Shown here: piece by piece, positions 41,568-56,495 of the stretch
Layout of the letters: the number at the start of each line of letters is the position of its first letter
Numbering within the stretch: position 1 is the stretch's first letter
NCBI GenBank assembly: GCA_951406725.2
Contig: OX597819.1
Coordinates: 63,178,001-63,242,000 of the forward strand
Source: Octopus vulgaris
Taxonomy: Eukaryota
DNA length: 64,000 nt
Direction of reading: 5' to 3'
Position numbers and translations under genes: made by a program
Notes under the pieces: model-generated
Told to the model about the DNA's origin: nothing
What the model saw: only the letters and a program-made list of their open reading frames with translations
The model's database searches: none

Positions 41568-42926
41568 AATCCTGTTATTAACTTGATGGATGACAGTAAC
41601 CTGTTGCACGGATGACTATCCCGTGTTTAATTTTCCGTTTTATGTGATGTCATCGAAGCCCCTGGAGTCTAATATGCAAAACGAAATTCCGCTGATCGAT
41701 GTTATACGTGTAATTACTCGAAATGAACCGTTTTGATACAGACGTATGTTGATTTCCTCTAAAGTGCATAACAGGGTTGTCAGAACGTCAAAAAAAAAAA
41801 AACAGAGAAAATTTATGATATTTGTTCCGCTTCTTTACATTATATGGTCAAATCCCGCCAAAGTCATCAGTAGTATTCAACCCCTGCCTCTGGATTTGCT
41901 AAAGTAATTTGCTAGTCAAACGCAGGTATAGCTGTGTGGTTAACCTCACTCTTTGCAACCACTCCGTTTCGAGTTTGGTGTTGGTTTGTTCATTTATAAC
42001 TTACATAGTGGTCCGGCTTAAGTGTTCCATAGGATAAATGCTAAACATAGCAACCAATACTGCGGTTTATTTATTCCACTAAAATCCCTTCAAGACGGTG
42101 TCCCAATATGACCGCAGTCCAATAAACGAATCATGTGAAAGATTAAAGATAGCAGATAAAATGTGTAGTATGTATACTCTCTTCCCTCTTCTTCAACGTT
42201 GGTTTTATGACGAAATAAGAAACCGTCAATATTGCTGTCAATATAAATAACGGTTTGGCCGTTTTTACTCTGTGAGTTCAAATACAGCCGAGGTTGAGAG
42301 GTACTTCATCATTTTGGGGTCAATTAAAATAAGTATCAATTGAATACTGGGGCCCGATGTAACCGAAATTGCTGGCCTTGTGTCAAAAGTCGAAACCAAT
42401 ATAAAATGACGGAGGAACAATGTCTATATATTTTCATAATTCATTTTAGTTGAATAGTCATTCTTATAGAGGGGGAGCGCTAAGCATTGATGAGTAAAAT
42501 TGTAATACTATTATCAGTCCCAATATGTTTGATGGATGTTCGAACCGCGTCACAAGCAACTCACTGCATTTTGTCGTAGTGTCGCCTGCTTAGTGTTTGT
42601 GATTGAAGAGGAGGTAACTACTTCGAAATACTAGCATCTCACGGCCTGGATAGATAGCTGAATTAGGTGTATACACACCATTTGTCAACAAATGGGATAT
42701 ATTTTCTGTAACAAAATGAAGTGAGTAGCTTGTACCCCAGTTCGAAGTGCCTGACGCATCTTTGGATTAAAAATAAGATTACACACAGTCTTACGTCTAA
42801 AAAGAATGGCGTGGTTGCTCGATGCCCTGATAATCCGTTTTTGTATGTGAGATTCCGAGTGATTTGTTTAGGATTATCCATATATACACTCAACCAAAGT
42901 CTAGCATAACATCTATCGAATAGAGA

Positions 42927-43310
42927 CGGCGAGCTGGCAGAATCGTTGTAGTGTCGGGTAAAACAATTGCTTAGTGGCAATTACTCTGGATTATCAGATT
43001 GTGAGTTTTCAAGATATCAGTTACGTACTGAGGTCAATGTTATCAATTTGCCCTATCCTCTAAACTTTGATGGCCTTGCGTCCAAATATAAAACAATCTA
43101 AGGCGGTGAGCTGCGAGAATCGTTAGGGCGTTGAGCAAAATGCATAGCGACCATTCTTCCGATTTCACGTTCTAAGTTCGAAGTGTGCAGAGGTTGACAT
43201 TGCCTTTAATCCTTTTAGAGTCGATAAAATAAATACCGGTTGCGTACTAAGGCTGATGTGATAGAATTTCCCCTCCTATTAAAATTGCTGGCTTTCTGCC
43301 AAGATTAGAA
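42927..43310 (+). mobile_element. Two adjacent old SINE family B copies
   Basis: ggcgagctggcagaatcgtt at ~42928 and ggcggtgagctgcgagaatcgttag at ~43102. Confidence 0.65.
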
Positions 43311-43912
43311 AAAAACCAACCAAGATATAACGGGATTTGAAACATGTTTGCAGAAATGAATGCATATAATTTGCCCGACTGTAGATTAAATTTATTGCGT
43401 TTCAATAAAGATTATGTTTTAGTTGACGTAAAATTGTAGAAGTCGAGGAATATCAAGCAATGCATTGGAAATCATCGAATGGAATATTTCTTACTGATTA
43501 GAGTGGGGTGGAGGCAAGGTTCCCTGGAGTTCAATGAGGCGCACTTAAAACAAATAGAAGTTATTTCTTCGCTCTTTCTCACTCACATTACATCGTCATA
43601 TACTAATATGCACACAAACACTATGACATCGGTATATATATATATATGCACAAACACATACACCGACGCATATACGTATATTCATATGTATTTATGTATA
43701 TAGTATAATATATGTGTGTATACGCATAATAATATACATGTAAACCTTTATATACTTACGTATATATATATTTGTTAATATAGATAATATGGACATAGAT
43801 TCATACACACAAATATGTATGTGTATATACATACCTATATATGTATGTATGTGTATGTATACATATGTGTGTGTATGTATGTATGTATGTATGTGTGTAT
43901 GAAAAGACTGAT

Positions 43913-43952
<40 letters not shown>

Positions 43953-44372
43953 CATAGAGAAATAGATAGCTAGAGAGATAAATATAGTTGGTTATAAAGA
44001 AATATTCCATTATCTACAATTCCCGTCCAAGAATAGAAACCAGCAATGGCAATATTCTAAGAAAATATTGCCTTAAAATCTTTTTAATTAGAAAAACGCC
44101 TATCAAACCGTTGACTGAGATTACTTCTTTGGCTGGTATCCATTTTGATTTGGAAGGAATCTTCTACGCGAATCTATATTTTAAGGTAAGAAATGAAAGC
44201 ACGCTCATTGGGTTCCATCGATTCAAAAAGCCGATGCACAAGGAAATAATCAAAAGGAAATATTACTTACACATAGACATATACGTATGTGCATATATAT
44301 ATGTATGTGTGTGTATACATAAATATATATATATACATACATATACATATATGTATATGTATATAGATATGC

Positions 44373-44410
<38 letters not shown>

Positions 44411-44475
44411 TATATACATGTATATGTATATATATAAATATATATATATGTGTATGTATATACATATATACATAC

Positions 44476-44543
<68 letters not shown>

Positions 44544-44699
44544 ATTCATAGATATATTAATATGAATATATATATATTTATATTATTTGTAGTAGTAGTA
44601 TTGTTTTTGTTGTTGGTGTCGTAGTTGAAGATATTACTCCTGTTTTCATTATTATTATTGTTGTTGTTATTATTATTATCATTATTATTATTATTATTA

Positions 44700-44778
<79 letters not shown>

Positions 44779-45318
44779 ATTATTGTTCATCTTTCCGTAT
44801 GATCATTCAGACGTGATGAACGAAAACAGCGATAGCAATAGCAGCCAAAATGTAATCTTAAAACTTCACAAATAACAAAAGTTCCGTACAGAAGTGACAT
44901 GACGAATATGCACTAAAACTGCTCATGCGTATTCGGTGCATTTTGAAGCGTAGTCAAAATGTCACCTGACCTTCATCAACTGCGAAATTCGCCATCGAAT
45001 ATCAGCAGTCTTAAACTATTTTTGATGTTAGAAGTGAACTCTCTTTGGTAGCCAACGCAACTCATTTATTCTGTTCTTAATTACTATAAAACTTGTCCAA
45101 CCATGAATTTCATGGTCGGTCGATGGAGAAATAAAGAGGTGCGTTTGTCTCTTTTCTGTATGTTCGAACGCGTGCTGGGGCGGTGTATATTTGAATAGAA
45201 GAATGTGTATTGCAGCGGGGAAATATGTAGTAATTCATACGTACATACCTACATACATACATACATACATAGATACATACATACGTACATAAATATATAC
45301 ATACATCCACACACACAA

Positions 45319-45375
<57 letters not shown>

Positions 45376-46414
45376 TGTATAGGTACATACACACTCAAAT
45401 GCATACATTCATATATATATATATACACACAAATACAAACATGCATATATATATATGTGTGTATATATATATAGAGAGAGAGTGTGTGTATCTGTGCGTG
45501 AGAGTGTATGTATGTATGTGTGCATTTGCGAGTATATTTGTCATATGTAACATATAATATAATTGTACACACACATACATATATGCATACATATATTTCG
45601 TGTGCATATTCATATATGGATGCGTGCGGCTGTGTGTGCATGTATTTAGAAATAGGTAGGTAGACATTCTCATAACTACACATGCATACATATATATATA
45701 TATACATACATATATATGTATACGTATATTTGTATATAGGTGTGTATATTATATATAAATATATATATATATATATATGTATGTGTATGTATGTATATAC
45801 ATATATGTATATATGTATATATATATATATATGTGTATATTTGTATATATATATATATGTATGTATGTACGTATGTATGTATCTTTGTCTATGCGCGTTT
45901 TGTATTTTTTTACCCATACATATATACATATACATACAAATATACATATACAGACTTGTCTGTGCATGTGTATATATATATATATATGAAATTTGCATGT
46001 GTATTCGTGTGTATGCTAGTATATGAATAGGTTGTTTATTTTTATATGGGTTTGTGATTCTGCTAGTTGGTAGCTGAAGAATGTGATGGAAATTTCCAGG
46101 CCACTAGCTGCACTACTCACTTCATATCTATGTTTATTTCCTGTTAAATTGTGTTCTTTCTGCCGTCAAAGCAAAATCCGAGTAACGCTTAAGTCTTTGC
46201 AATGAATACGAAGCTGGCCTGAACAAAATAGATTTATTTCTCGTCATTTATTATGATTTTTTTTTTCTGTTCTTTCTCAAAACCAATTTTATTATAGCAA
46301 TGAGATATAGCATGGCCGGTTTATCCCACGGAGTCTGTTATTACTTGTAGAATTTAATAAAGTATGTTCAGTCTAAGTAGATTTCTATTTTTGTTTCCAG
46401 TTTTGTTTCTGTTG

Positions 46415-46484
46415 TCGTCGTCATCACCACCACCACCACAACCACCACCACCATCATCATCAGCACCATCACCACTACCACCAC

Positions 46485-46519
<35 letters not shown>

Positions 46520-46543
46520 CCATCACCACCATCACCATCATCC

Positions 46544-46576
<33 letters not shown>

Positions 46577-46670
46577 CCACCACCACCACCACCACCACCA
46601 CCGCCATCATCGTCATCACCATCACCGCCGTCGTCGTAGCCATCATCATCATCATCGCCATCATCATCAT
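46415..46670. repeat. (CAT)/(CAC) compound microsatellite
   Basis: Direct reading. Confidence 0.95.
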
Positions 46671-47086
46671 GATATTATTTTTATTAGGTAATTGTTGTTG
46701 TTATTGTTGTTAGGCTTATTACATTACCTGTTCATTTCGTGCCCATTGTTTTTTTCGTTTATACCAAATGAGATGTAGATAAATATAGATGTAACTATAT
46801 ACACATGTACACGCATACACGCACACGCACATACGCAAACATATACACTAAAATGTATACATTTACAAATACATATAAAGATATGTATATATATATATAT
46901 TTATATATAGTTGCGTATATGTGTATATATATTTATATATGTATATATGCATATACATGTACATATATATGCATGTGTGTGTGTACGTATAAGCATATAT
47001 GCATTCTCAAAGGCATAAACTACCATGTATAAGTGTATGTGCATAATAACTTATATATGCTTTTATGGATACGTTTATATATATAT

Positions 47087-47157
<71 letters not shown>

Positions 47158-47302
47158 CATATACATACATATATATATTTGCATACACGCACACACGCAC
47201 ACATATATATGGATTAATATATTTTATATGCATAAATGGCTATGAAAGCAAATTCATACACTCACTTTTCACGATTATAATTGTGTGTCTATCTATCTAT
47301 CA

Positions 47303-47363
<61 letters not shown>

Positions 47364-48833
47364 CATCAGCATTATCATTTATGTGACAAGTCTTATTGTT
47401 TCTACTGTTTTCAAGCTTTGGAAATTGGATTGCGTTCTTTGTCCATGTTTTGTGTAGACATCGTTCTCTTTATTGTTTAATATCACACACACACACACAC
47501 ACAAACATATGGTTCGAATCCAGTTAAGGTTTATTTATCCACGTAATTTGTCATTGATTAGCTACATTATTCATCAATTAATTCATAGGACGAAGGATCA
47601 AATCTAGTTAAATTTTAAAGATTCTCTTTATATCTTATTCCGTTGCCTCCAAATGGAATTTTAATGACTTTATGTCTTACTAGGGCAAGCTCAATCAGTT
47701 ATACGTTTGTTTGTTTGAAATTTTGGCACAAGGTCGGAAATTTCGAAGGTGGGTGCAAGGCAACGACATCGATCTCAGTGCTCAATTGTTGCTTATTTTA
47801 TCCACCCCGAAAGATAAAAAAGATAGTGGATCGGGACGGCGATTGAACTCACAACTTTAAGACGTACAAAATGGCGTTAAGCAGATCGCCGCTTTGAGTT
47901 ATATGTATATTACTATTACGTTTAGTAATAGTAATATTACTGCACTGACTAAATTCTGGTCACATGCTAGTGGAAAGTTAGATATTTAAACTTGTTTTCC
48001 AAATTTATGTATGTGTATATATTAAAACAGATCTTCATATAAAACAGATTGGTTTAAACAGATCGTTTGGTAGAAAATGTTGCAGATTGCTAAACGCTAT
48101 ACAACACTTTTAGAACGTAGAAGTGTCACTAATATGCAACATAATCACATCATCGAAAGGAAACCCTTAAATGAATTTGTCGAGAATTATATTCCGGAAA
48201 AGCCTACGATGACCCATTTCAGGATAGACTTCATTGCTCCGTTTTTCTCCTGTCATATTTTGTCATTTCTTATTTAATATTGAAACTAACGTTTTGTCCT
48301 CTCCAAAACTGTTATCTGCATCCTTCTAGCATGAGCAAATGGTTTTCTTCCATCAGATTTTCCAGAATAGTTTTTCACAACCTCTAAAGTATCATCCTTC
48401 TCCTGTACCATGTATAATATGCCACAGTTTTCTTAACAATTTATATAGGTTTTGCCAGATTGCCAGGTAACTGAACAGTGTTAAGGAAAATACTTAAGTC
48501 CACGGTTTTTCATGCTTTTCATTTAGTTTCAATCAGGACCTGTTCCATAGCTTCCCTTGTGGTATTGGTTTCACCCAGCACTGACTGGGCAAATGTAAAA
48601 AAGGTTATGTTGAAGTGAGGCATTTCATTCTTTCCTTCCTCTTTTTCTGGGTGTATTCTGCTCTAAATCTGTTTAGATTTATATGAATATAATTCGTCAG
48701 ATCCCTGACTCTTCACGTCTTCCTCGGTAGAAGGTCTCGTGCGCTTCTTATTGAACGTCTTAATAAATTAAACCCATGCAAATATATAGACACACACATA
48801 TGTATAAGCATACATATCTATCCAACCACCAAC

Positions 48834-48918
<85 letters not shown>

Positions 48919-48944
48919 TTATCTATCTATCTATCCATCTATCT

Positions 48945-49025
48945 ATTATAGCCTCGGGCCGACCAAAGACTTGTGAGTGGATTTGGTAGACGGAAACCGA
49001 AAGAAGCCCATCGTATATATATGTA

Positions 49026-49088
<63 letters not shown>

Positions 49089-49278
49089 ATGTTTGTCCCC
49101 CCAACATCGCTTGACAACTGATCCTGGTGTGTTTACATCCCCATAACTTAGCGGTTCGGCAAAAGGGATAATGGAATAAGTACTAGACTTACAAAGAATC
49201 AGTCCTGGGGTCGATTTGCTCCACTAAAGGCGGTTCTCCAGCATGGCCACAGTCACATGAATGAAACAAGTAAAGAGT
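48945..49278 (+). mobile_element. SINE family A, 5'-truncated
   Basis: tatagcctcgggccgaccaaag...gaaacaagtaaagagta. Confidence 0.9.
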
Positions 49279-49395
49279 ATCTCTCTCTCTCTCTTTCTCA
49301 CTCACACACACACTCTCTCTATCTTTCTTTCTCACTCACACACACACACTCTCTCTCTCTCTTTCTCATTCACACACACACACACTCTCTCTCTC

Positions 49396-49441
<46 letters not shown>

Positions 49442-49745
49442 GAGAGAGAGAGAGTGTGTGTGTGTGAATGAGAAAGAAAGAGAGAGTGTGTGTGTGTGAG
49501 TGAGAAAGAAAGATAGAGAGGGTGTGTGTGTGAGTGAGAAGAGAGAGAGAGAGATACTCTTTACTTGTTTCATTCATGTGACTGTGGCCATGCTGGAGAA
49601 CCGCCTTTAGTGGAGCAAATCGACCCCAGGACTGATTCTTTGTAAGTCTAGTACTTATTCCATTATCCCTTTTGCCGAACCGCTAAGTTATGGGGATGTA
49701 AACACACCAGGATCAGTTGTCAAGCGATGTTGGGGGGACAAACAT

Positions 49746-49818
<73 letters not shown>

Positions 49819-49832
49819 TACATATATATACG

Positions 49833-49834
<2 letters not shown>
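49010..49834. repeat. Near-perfect ~825-bp palindrome centred on (AT)n
   Basis: SINE A 3' half and its flanking CT/CA tract are duplicated in inverted orientation around ctcccaat(at)n attgggag. Confidence 0.95.
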
Positions 49835-49884
<50 letters not shown>

Positions 49885-50276
49885 TTGGTTGTTTGTGTGT
49901 GTGTGTGTGTGTGCAACTTAAAGCCAAGAGATTCTTCATCAGCTCATGGGCTATTAGTAGCAACAGGCGAGAGCACAGAACCGCTCTGATATCCAAAATA
50001 CTAATCACACAGCATTGATATATCTGCACTGAATAAGACGAGATTTGCAGAGGAGGAGCATTGAGAGGAATTCCGGACAGGATATACATTCTTCTGGATT
50101 GGTAGGTCCAAAAAGAAGCCCAGAGAAACAGATATCAGATTTGCTATACAACCTCACCTTGCTGACCGGCTCAACTCAGAATCGAACGGTGTCGATGAAC
50201 ATCTCGTTGTTACGTTGGGAATTGGCAAGTAACTAACGAACCACTATCAAGCTTCTGCTTGATATTTAACAGGGAA

Positions 50277-50670
50277 AGGCGGCGAGCAGGCAGAATCGTT
50301 AGCACGCCGGACGAAATGCTTAGCAGTATTTCGTCTGTCGTTACGTTCTGAGTTCAAATTCCGCCGAGGTCGACTTTGCATTTCATCCTTTCGGGGTCGA
50401 TAGATTAAGGTACCAGTTACACACTGGAGTCGATATAATCGACTGAATCCGTCTGTCTGTTCTTGTTTGTCTCCTCTGAGTTTAGCCCCTTGTGGGTAGT
50501 AAAGAAATAGGTATTTCGTCTCTCTTTACGTTCTGAGTTCAAATTCCACCGAGGTCGACTTTGCCTTTCGTGATCGATAAAATGCGTGCCAGTTGAGCAC
50601 GGGAGTTGATGTAAACAATTTACCGATAAGCCTAAATTGATGGCCTTGTGCCAAAATTTGAAACCAATAC
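50277..50670 (+). mobile_element. SINE family B dimer
   Basis: Junction aaagaaata|ggtatttcgtc at ~50509; approximate TSD ttaacagggaaa / ttatcagggaaa. Confidence 0.9.
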
Positions 50671-50945
50671 TTATCAGGGAAAATATTAGGTGCTTGTAGA
50701 GAATGATAATATGTTGCTAGATTTAAAAGCAGCCCATGACTGACTCATTGAAGGGTAATAAATCGAACTCCTCATCTCTAAACAAAGAGAAAAAGAAACG
50801 CTAAACGTGCTGACCCATAACCTACCTTCCTACAGATAACAAAACCATCAACTGCAATAACACAGCGATCATATGTACATCATTTGCTTGCGAAGAGCAC
50901 AGATCGGCTGATGTAAGACTCATATGCTTCTGAAGATGTTTCATT

Positions 50946-51066
50946 GGCAATAAATTTCAGTACGGAAGATTGTATGCATGTACACACACAGGTACGTACA
51001 TGTGTATATACGTGTGTGTGCGTGCATATATACATGCATACAATCTTCCGTACTGACTTTATTGCC
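50946..51066. repeat. Hairpin with a 26-bp perfect stem
   Basis: tcagtacggaagattgtatgcatgta / tacatgcatacaatcttccgtactga, extended by ggcaataaa / tttattgcc. Confidence 0.9.
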
Positions 51067-51097
51067 CAGAACGTTTTACATTTATATATATGATGTA

Positions 51098-51201
<104 letters not shown>

Positions 51202-51202
51202 A

Positions 51203-51327
51203 CAGGGTGTAGAAAGTCTGGATACATGGGGATTAACACATACTTTAAGAAATTATTTTTCTTTATATTTAATTTTTTATGCTATGATTTTATTGATTCC
51301 ATGTAACCAGACTTTGTAGGCACACTG
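51203..51327. mobile_element. Tc1/mariner-type MITE, 125 bp
   Basis: TA|cagggtg..tagaaagtctggatacatgg ... ccatgtaaccagactttgtaggcacactg|TA: imperfect ~30-bp TIRs with TA flanks. Confidence 0.7.
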
Positions 51328-51361
51328 TATATATATATATATATATATTTATTTATATCAT

Positions 51362-51798
51362 AAATAAATAAAATATATGTATATATACATATATGTACAT
51401 ACTTACATCTACATGTATATATACATGCATATATATATATATATATGAGTACAGGACACCACAAATAAACGTAGAACACAACGAGAGACGGGAACATAAA
51501 ATCAAACAAGGAAACGGACTTTTTTTAAACAACGAAAAAACAGAGTACAGGACAAACAATACAAGGAAAATTCCCCTTCATCAGCAGTCCCTGGTTCGAC
51601 TCAAAGTGTGTTTCGAAGTGCTGTCCTTACCTTCGAAACACACTTTGAGTCGAACCAAGGACAGCTGATGAAGACGAATTTTCCTTGTATTGTTTGTCCT
51701 GTACTCTGGTTTTTCGTTGTTTAAAAAAGTCCGTTTCCTTGTTTGATTTTATGTTCTCGTCTCTCGTTGTTTTCTACGTTTATTTGTGGTGTCCTGTA

Positions 51799-51829
<31 letters not shown>

Positions 51830-51902
51830 CTGCATGTATATATACATGTAGATGTAAGTATGTACATATATGTATGTATATATGCATATATTTTATTTAT
51901 TT
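51362..51902. repeat. ~540-bp palindrome with 12-bp spacer
   Basis: Arms 51362-51618 and 51631-51902 are reverse complements with scattered substitutions; centre tgtgtttcgaag-tgctgtccttac-cttcgaaacaca. Confidence 0.93.
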
Positions 51903-51949
51903 ATTATATTACTATGTGGCCGAACGTACGCGTTATTTCTCTTCTCCAA

Positions 51950-51980
<31 letters not shown>

Positions 51981-52759
51981 GCATATATGCTTATGTGTAC
52001 ATACATACACACATCAAGAAACACACGCATACAGGTGTATGCCATAAAAGTTTTCTATATCTTCTATATATTTCGCTCAAGTTGCTTTGGTCAGACCGAG
52101 ATCATTATAAGCTACGCCTGCCCCCGTTTCCGTCTAGTTGTACTGAACTGGAAAACAAACCTGGCGGATGTACTTACTCAATAAGACCCTGATTGCACAT
52201 ATCAACATAAAATAATATGACAATAAATATATAATTATATTAACATATACAAACGGTTATTAAATATTTGTAATATAAATAATTTTTTTTTTATGAATAT
52301 ACTGATGTACGAATATATTTTTTTCAGTTTCCTTTACATAAATAAATATTCCGTTAAAATTCTTTCTCATATTTTTCAACTATTCACCAGGGGAAAACAG
52401 AGCACGCTAAAATCATAAAACCCAGTAATGGTAGGAAAAAAATTTCGCCCAGCTTCGACAAATGTCATTGTCACGGGTTTAGTTTCAGTTATTTCCCTGG
52501 TGTTTATGCTAGCACATCTCTTGTTCGTAGTAATAAAAATTCAAACAGCTGAGTTAATTTACTGGCGAAAGTAGTGTTGGTAATTAAATATCATAAAAAT
52601 GTTAACCACGACCATTCCATGGGTTTCTTCATATCTCACTCTTAGTTGTACCATCTGAATGAGACGATCAGGTGAGGCTGTTTGAACGTTTATGAATTAA
52701 GGTACAACCCTCTAGTAAAATCAGTATCGTTATATGTTGAAAAAGGTATATAATTAAGG

Positions 52760-52958
52760 CGGCGAGCTGGCTGGGCGAAATACTTAGCGTTATTTCGTCT
52801 GCCTTTACGTTCTGAGTTCAAATTCCACCGAGGTCTACTTTCCTGTCATCCTTTCGCGGTCGATTAAATAAGTACCAGTTACGCAATGGGGTCGATTTAA
52901 TCGACTTAATTCCTTTCTTTGTCCCTTTGTGTTTAGCCCCCTGTGGGCAATAAAGAAA
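52760..52958 (+). mobile_element. SINE family B with 13-bp TSD
   Basis: tatataattaagg at 52747-52759 and 52959-52971. Confidence 0.88.
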
Positions 52959-55024
52959 TATATAATTAAGGTTTATAAAGGCACTTACTGGACACAACGG
53001 TGCGTCTGCTCATGGGATTTAGTAACGTAAGGTTTTAAAATTTAGTAATTTATGAAATTTCAGTTAGATTATTTATTTATGATAAAGCTCCCTCAAGCGT
53101 ATTTTTTGAAAAGCGTTAGCAGTTACAAAAAGTTTCAATTGCTATTTCTCGTAAGATATTTAAGAAGATATGTCTGTCTCATGAAACCTCATTATATTTA
53201 AAACAGTATTTTATTATTCTTGAAAACCCCGTTTTTTTTAATGGTGTAGAGACAGCTGTAATTTATTAGATGAGTCATTTGTTCGTATAAAATAATAAAT
53301 TTGAATTGAATTCATGATTAAATTATTTGATTGTTCAATTTATTACTTTGGCTTCCATATCTAATTTATATTTATACATTTATAAACTATATGCTTATTT
53401 TATTTATTTATTTACGTATTTGTTATGAGCGATAATTCATATCATTGTTATTTATATAGGTAAAAAAAGAAGTAAATTCTTTTGATATTTTATATCCCTT
53501 TGGTGGTTATTTAACACTTAACTAAATTTTTATCTTTTGCATAAATCTGATTATTTACTTGTTACTTTTTAGTATTAGTAAATATAATTGTCGTGTATAG
53601 AATAATAAAGGATAATGGAAACTATTACAATTGACACATCTTTTAAAGTCATACCGATACCTCCAAAAAATGTATATATGAAGGAACTATTGATAAAATA
53701 ACGGACTTCCCTAATAGACTAAAGATGGAGACCTTTTTATTATGATAAATCCCAAATGGGTTCCACTAATAACAATATGGATAATAGCATTGATTTTATC
53801 TCTGGCTTATTTAAAACCAAGAAAACGCTATTACATAATAACTACTTAGAAATATTTGAACAAGAATTATGAACTACAATCAAAAACCTAAAATTCAAGA
53901 AACACCCACAGCGGAACAACCAACACCAATTGAAGCTAAAGAAAAATTACCCCATGAACTGAAAAATATAAAAGAAATTATTGTTAATCCAGATAAAACA
54001 AGAAACGTATGTAATATAGCTATGAATTTATTCTATAAATAGATATATAAAGAACTTACGTTGGACAGATAAACCTAGAGGCTAAAAAATTATGGAAAAT
54101 CATAATATAGATGATAAAAGAGAACCATTAATGCCTATTAGACTATGGGTAACAATTAAGGATCATCAATAGAATTTGCATGTAATTACATAGGTTAGAT
54201 AAATCTGATTTATGTAAACTCAGCAGGATAATTTTAGATAAATCTATACCGATCTTGAATTATAATATCAGACTACAATTATGATTAAACACCCAGAATG
54301 CTATTAAATGGTTCTCAAACATAATTAATAAATATAAACCTAAATAGATATTGATAATTCTTACGCTAGTATAAACCCATCTTGATATTATCCAAGATAC
54401 ATACACCTATTAGCATGAAAGAAATTAATGTAATTTTAACAGCCCGCAAATCAATTATATCATTCGATAATAAATTATGGGCAAGAAACGATACGCCTAG
54501 CTGTTTCGATATATGTATAGGGGCGCCAGATTCTGCGTAAATAACTGACATACCTTGAGTATATTTATTGTCTAATAAACAAAATGAATTCCCAGAGCTC
54601 GTGGGGGGACTATATACAGATGATGCAATCTTTCTAGTTAAGAATACATCTAATAGACGTCTATAACTTATAAAGAAACGATTATTTAATTTTTTTTAAT
54701 CATTTAGACTATCTATAACTATAGAAAAAGAATATAATTGAATTAATTACTTAGATATGATTTGTAATTTATCATCTGGAATACATGAACCATATATTAA
54801 AGCAAATTATAAATTAAAACATATAAATCATTAAACAATTACCCACTTTCAATGAAAAAACATTAGTATATATTAGTAGTAAGAGAATTTCATTTTATTT
54901 TATAAAGGAGATATATTTAATAGACATAAAGGCCAATATCATTTGGGTTTAAGTAAAGCAGGTTATAAGAATAAATTACAATGCATTAAAGGTAATAATA
55001 TTATAAACACAATGAGTAAAATTG

Positions 55025-55063
<39 letters not shown>

Positions 55064-55085
55064 TTAATAATAATAATAATAATAA

Positions 55086-56269
55086 GCTACAATATTCTTA
55101 ACTGGACACGAAATGAACTGTCCAAAATAGATAGGAAAACAAGAAAAATACTGACAGGATCTAGGATGCATCACCCAAAATCTGACATAGAAAGACTATA
55201 TATACAACGTATAGAAGGTGGTAGAGGCCTTATACAGCTGGAAAACTACTATAAAATAACCACCATAGGACTGCAAAAATACCTACTTCAGAAGGAAGGA
55301 AAACTGATCCAGATAGCAGCAAAACACGAGCAAAACAAAAAACTGTTCTCAGTATTTAAGGAAGCTGACAAATACAAACAAGAAATCATACCACCTAATA
55401 AACACGAAGAAGAAGAAGAAGATGATGAAGAAACAACAAAAGCTATAAAACAAATGAAATCCAAACTAAAAATAGAACAGCAACGAACCATGATAAAACG
55501 ATGGCAAGAAAAGCCCCTTCATGGTAAATACTGCACTAAACTAAACGCAAAAGAAATAGACAAAGAAAGATCCCAGCAATGGTTGAGAAGCTCAGGACTC
55601 AAAGCAGAAACAGAGGGATTTTTAATTGCAGCACAAGACCAAAGCCTCCCCACCAGAAATTACCAAAAACATGTAATGAAAAGAAATATTACAAGTAACT
55701 GCAGAATATGTGGAGATGGACAAGAAACAATAAATCATATTATCTCTAGCTGCCCAGTCCTGGCTAAGAAGGAATATATTCACAGACATGACAGAGTTGG
55801 AACCTACATACACTGGAAGCTATGCCAACATTATGGAATAACAACAGAAAAAAGATGGTATAGGCACACACCAGAAAAGGTTACAGAAAACGAGAAAGCA
55901 ACCATACTCTGGGATATGCCGATACACACAGATAGAGAAATTAAGGCCAACAGACCAGATATAGTTGTCAGAGATCATGAAGAAAAAAAATGCTTTCTAA
56001 TTGATGTATCAATACCGGCAGATGACAACGTGTCTCTAAAAGAAATGGAGAAACTCTCAAAATACAAAGACCTGGAAATAGAGGTAACTAGAATGTGGAA
56101 TCTGAAAACAGAAACAATTCCTATCATAGTAGGTGCATTAGGCATGATAAAAAAATATTCAGACAAATACATAACAAAAACACCAGGACTTACAAACACA
56201 TATAACATACAGAAAATTGCACTACTAGGCACTGCACACATCCTACGCAGAGCACTTTCCATACAATAA
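55086..56269 (+). CDS. 5'-truncated R4/Dong-like non-LTR retrotransposon ORF (post-RT region, CCHC zinc knuckle, restriction-like endonuclease)
   Basis: Uninterrupted frame with RLY..R..GGRGL, CRICGDGQETINHIISSC, RHD and NRPDIVV...LIDVSIP...EKLSKY; no true start (the poly-Ile lead is the TAA tract); 3' UTR to ~56364. Confidence 0.9.
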
Positions 56270-56364
56270 CCATCAGAGCATCACAACAAATCACAGCACA
56301 TACCCAAGGCACACAGAGCTGCGCTCGGTAGTGAAGTGAAAGCACGCTATAAAAATAAAAACTG

Positions 56365-56495
<131 letters not shown>

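Noticed and set aside
46060-46110. CTGAAGA...GAAATTTC
   Set aside because: No stem II and poor stem I
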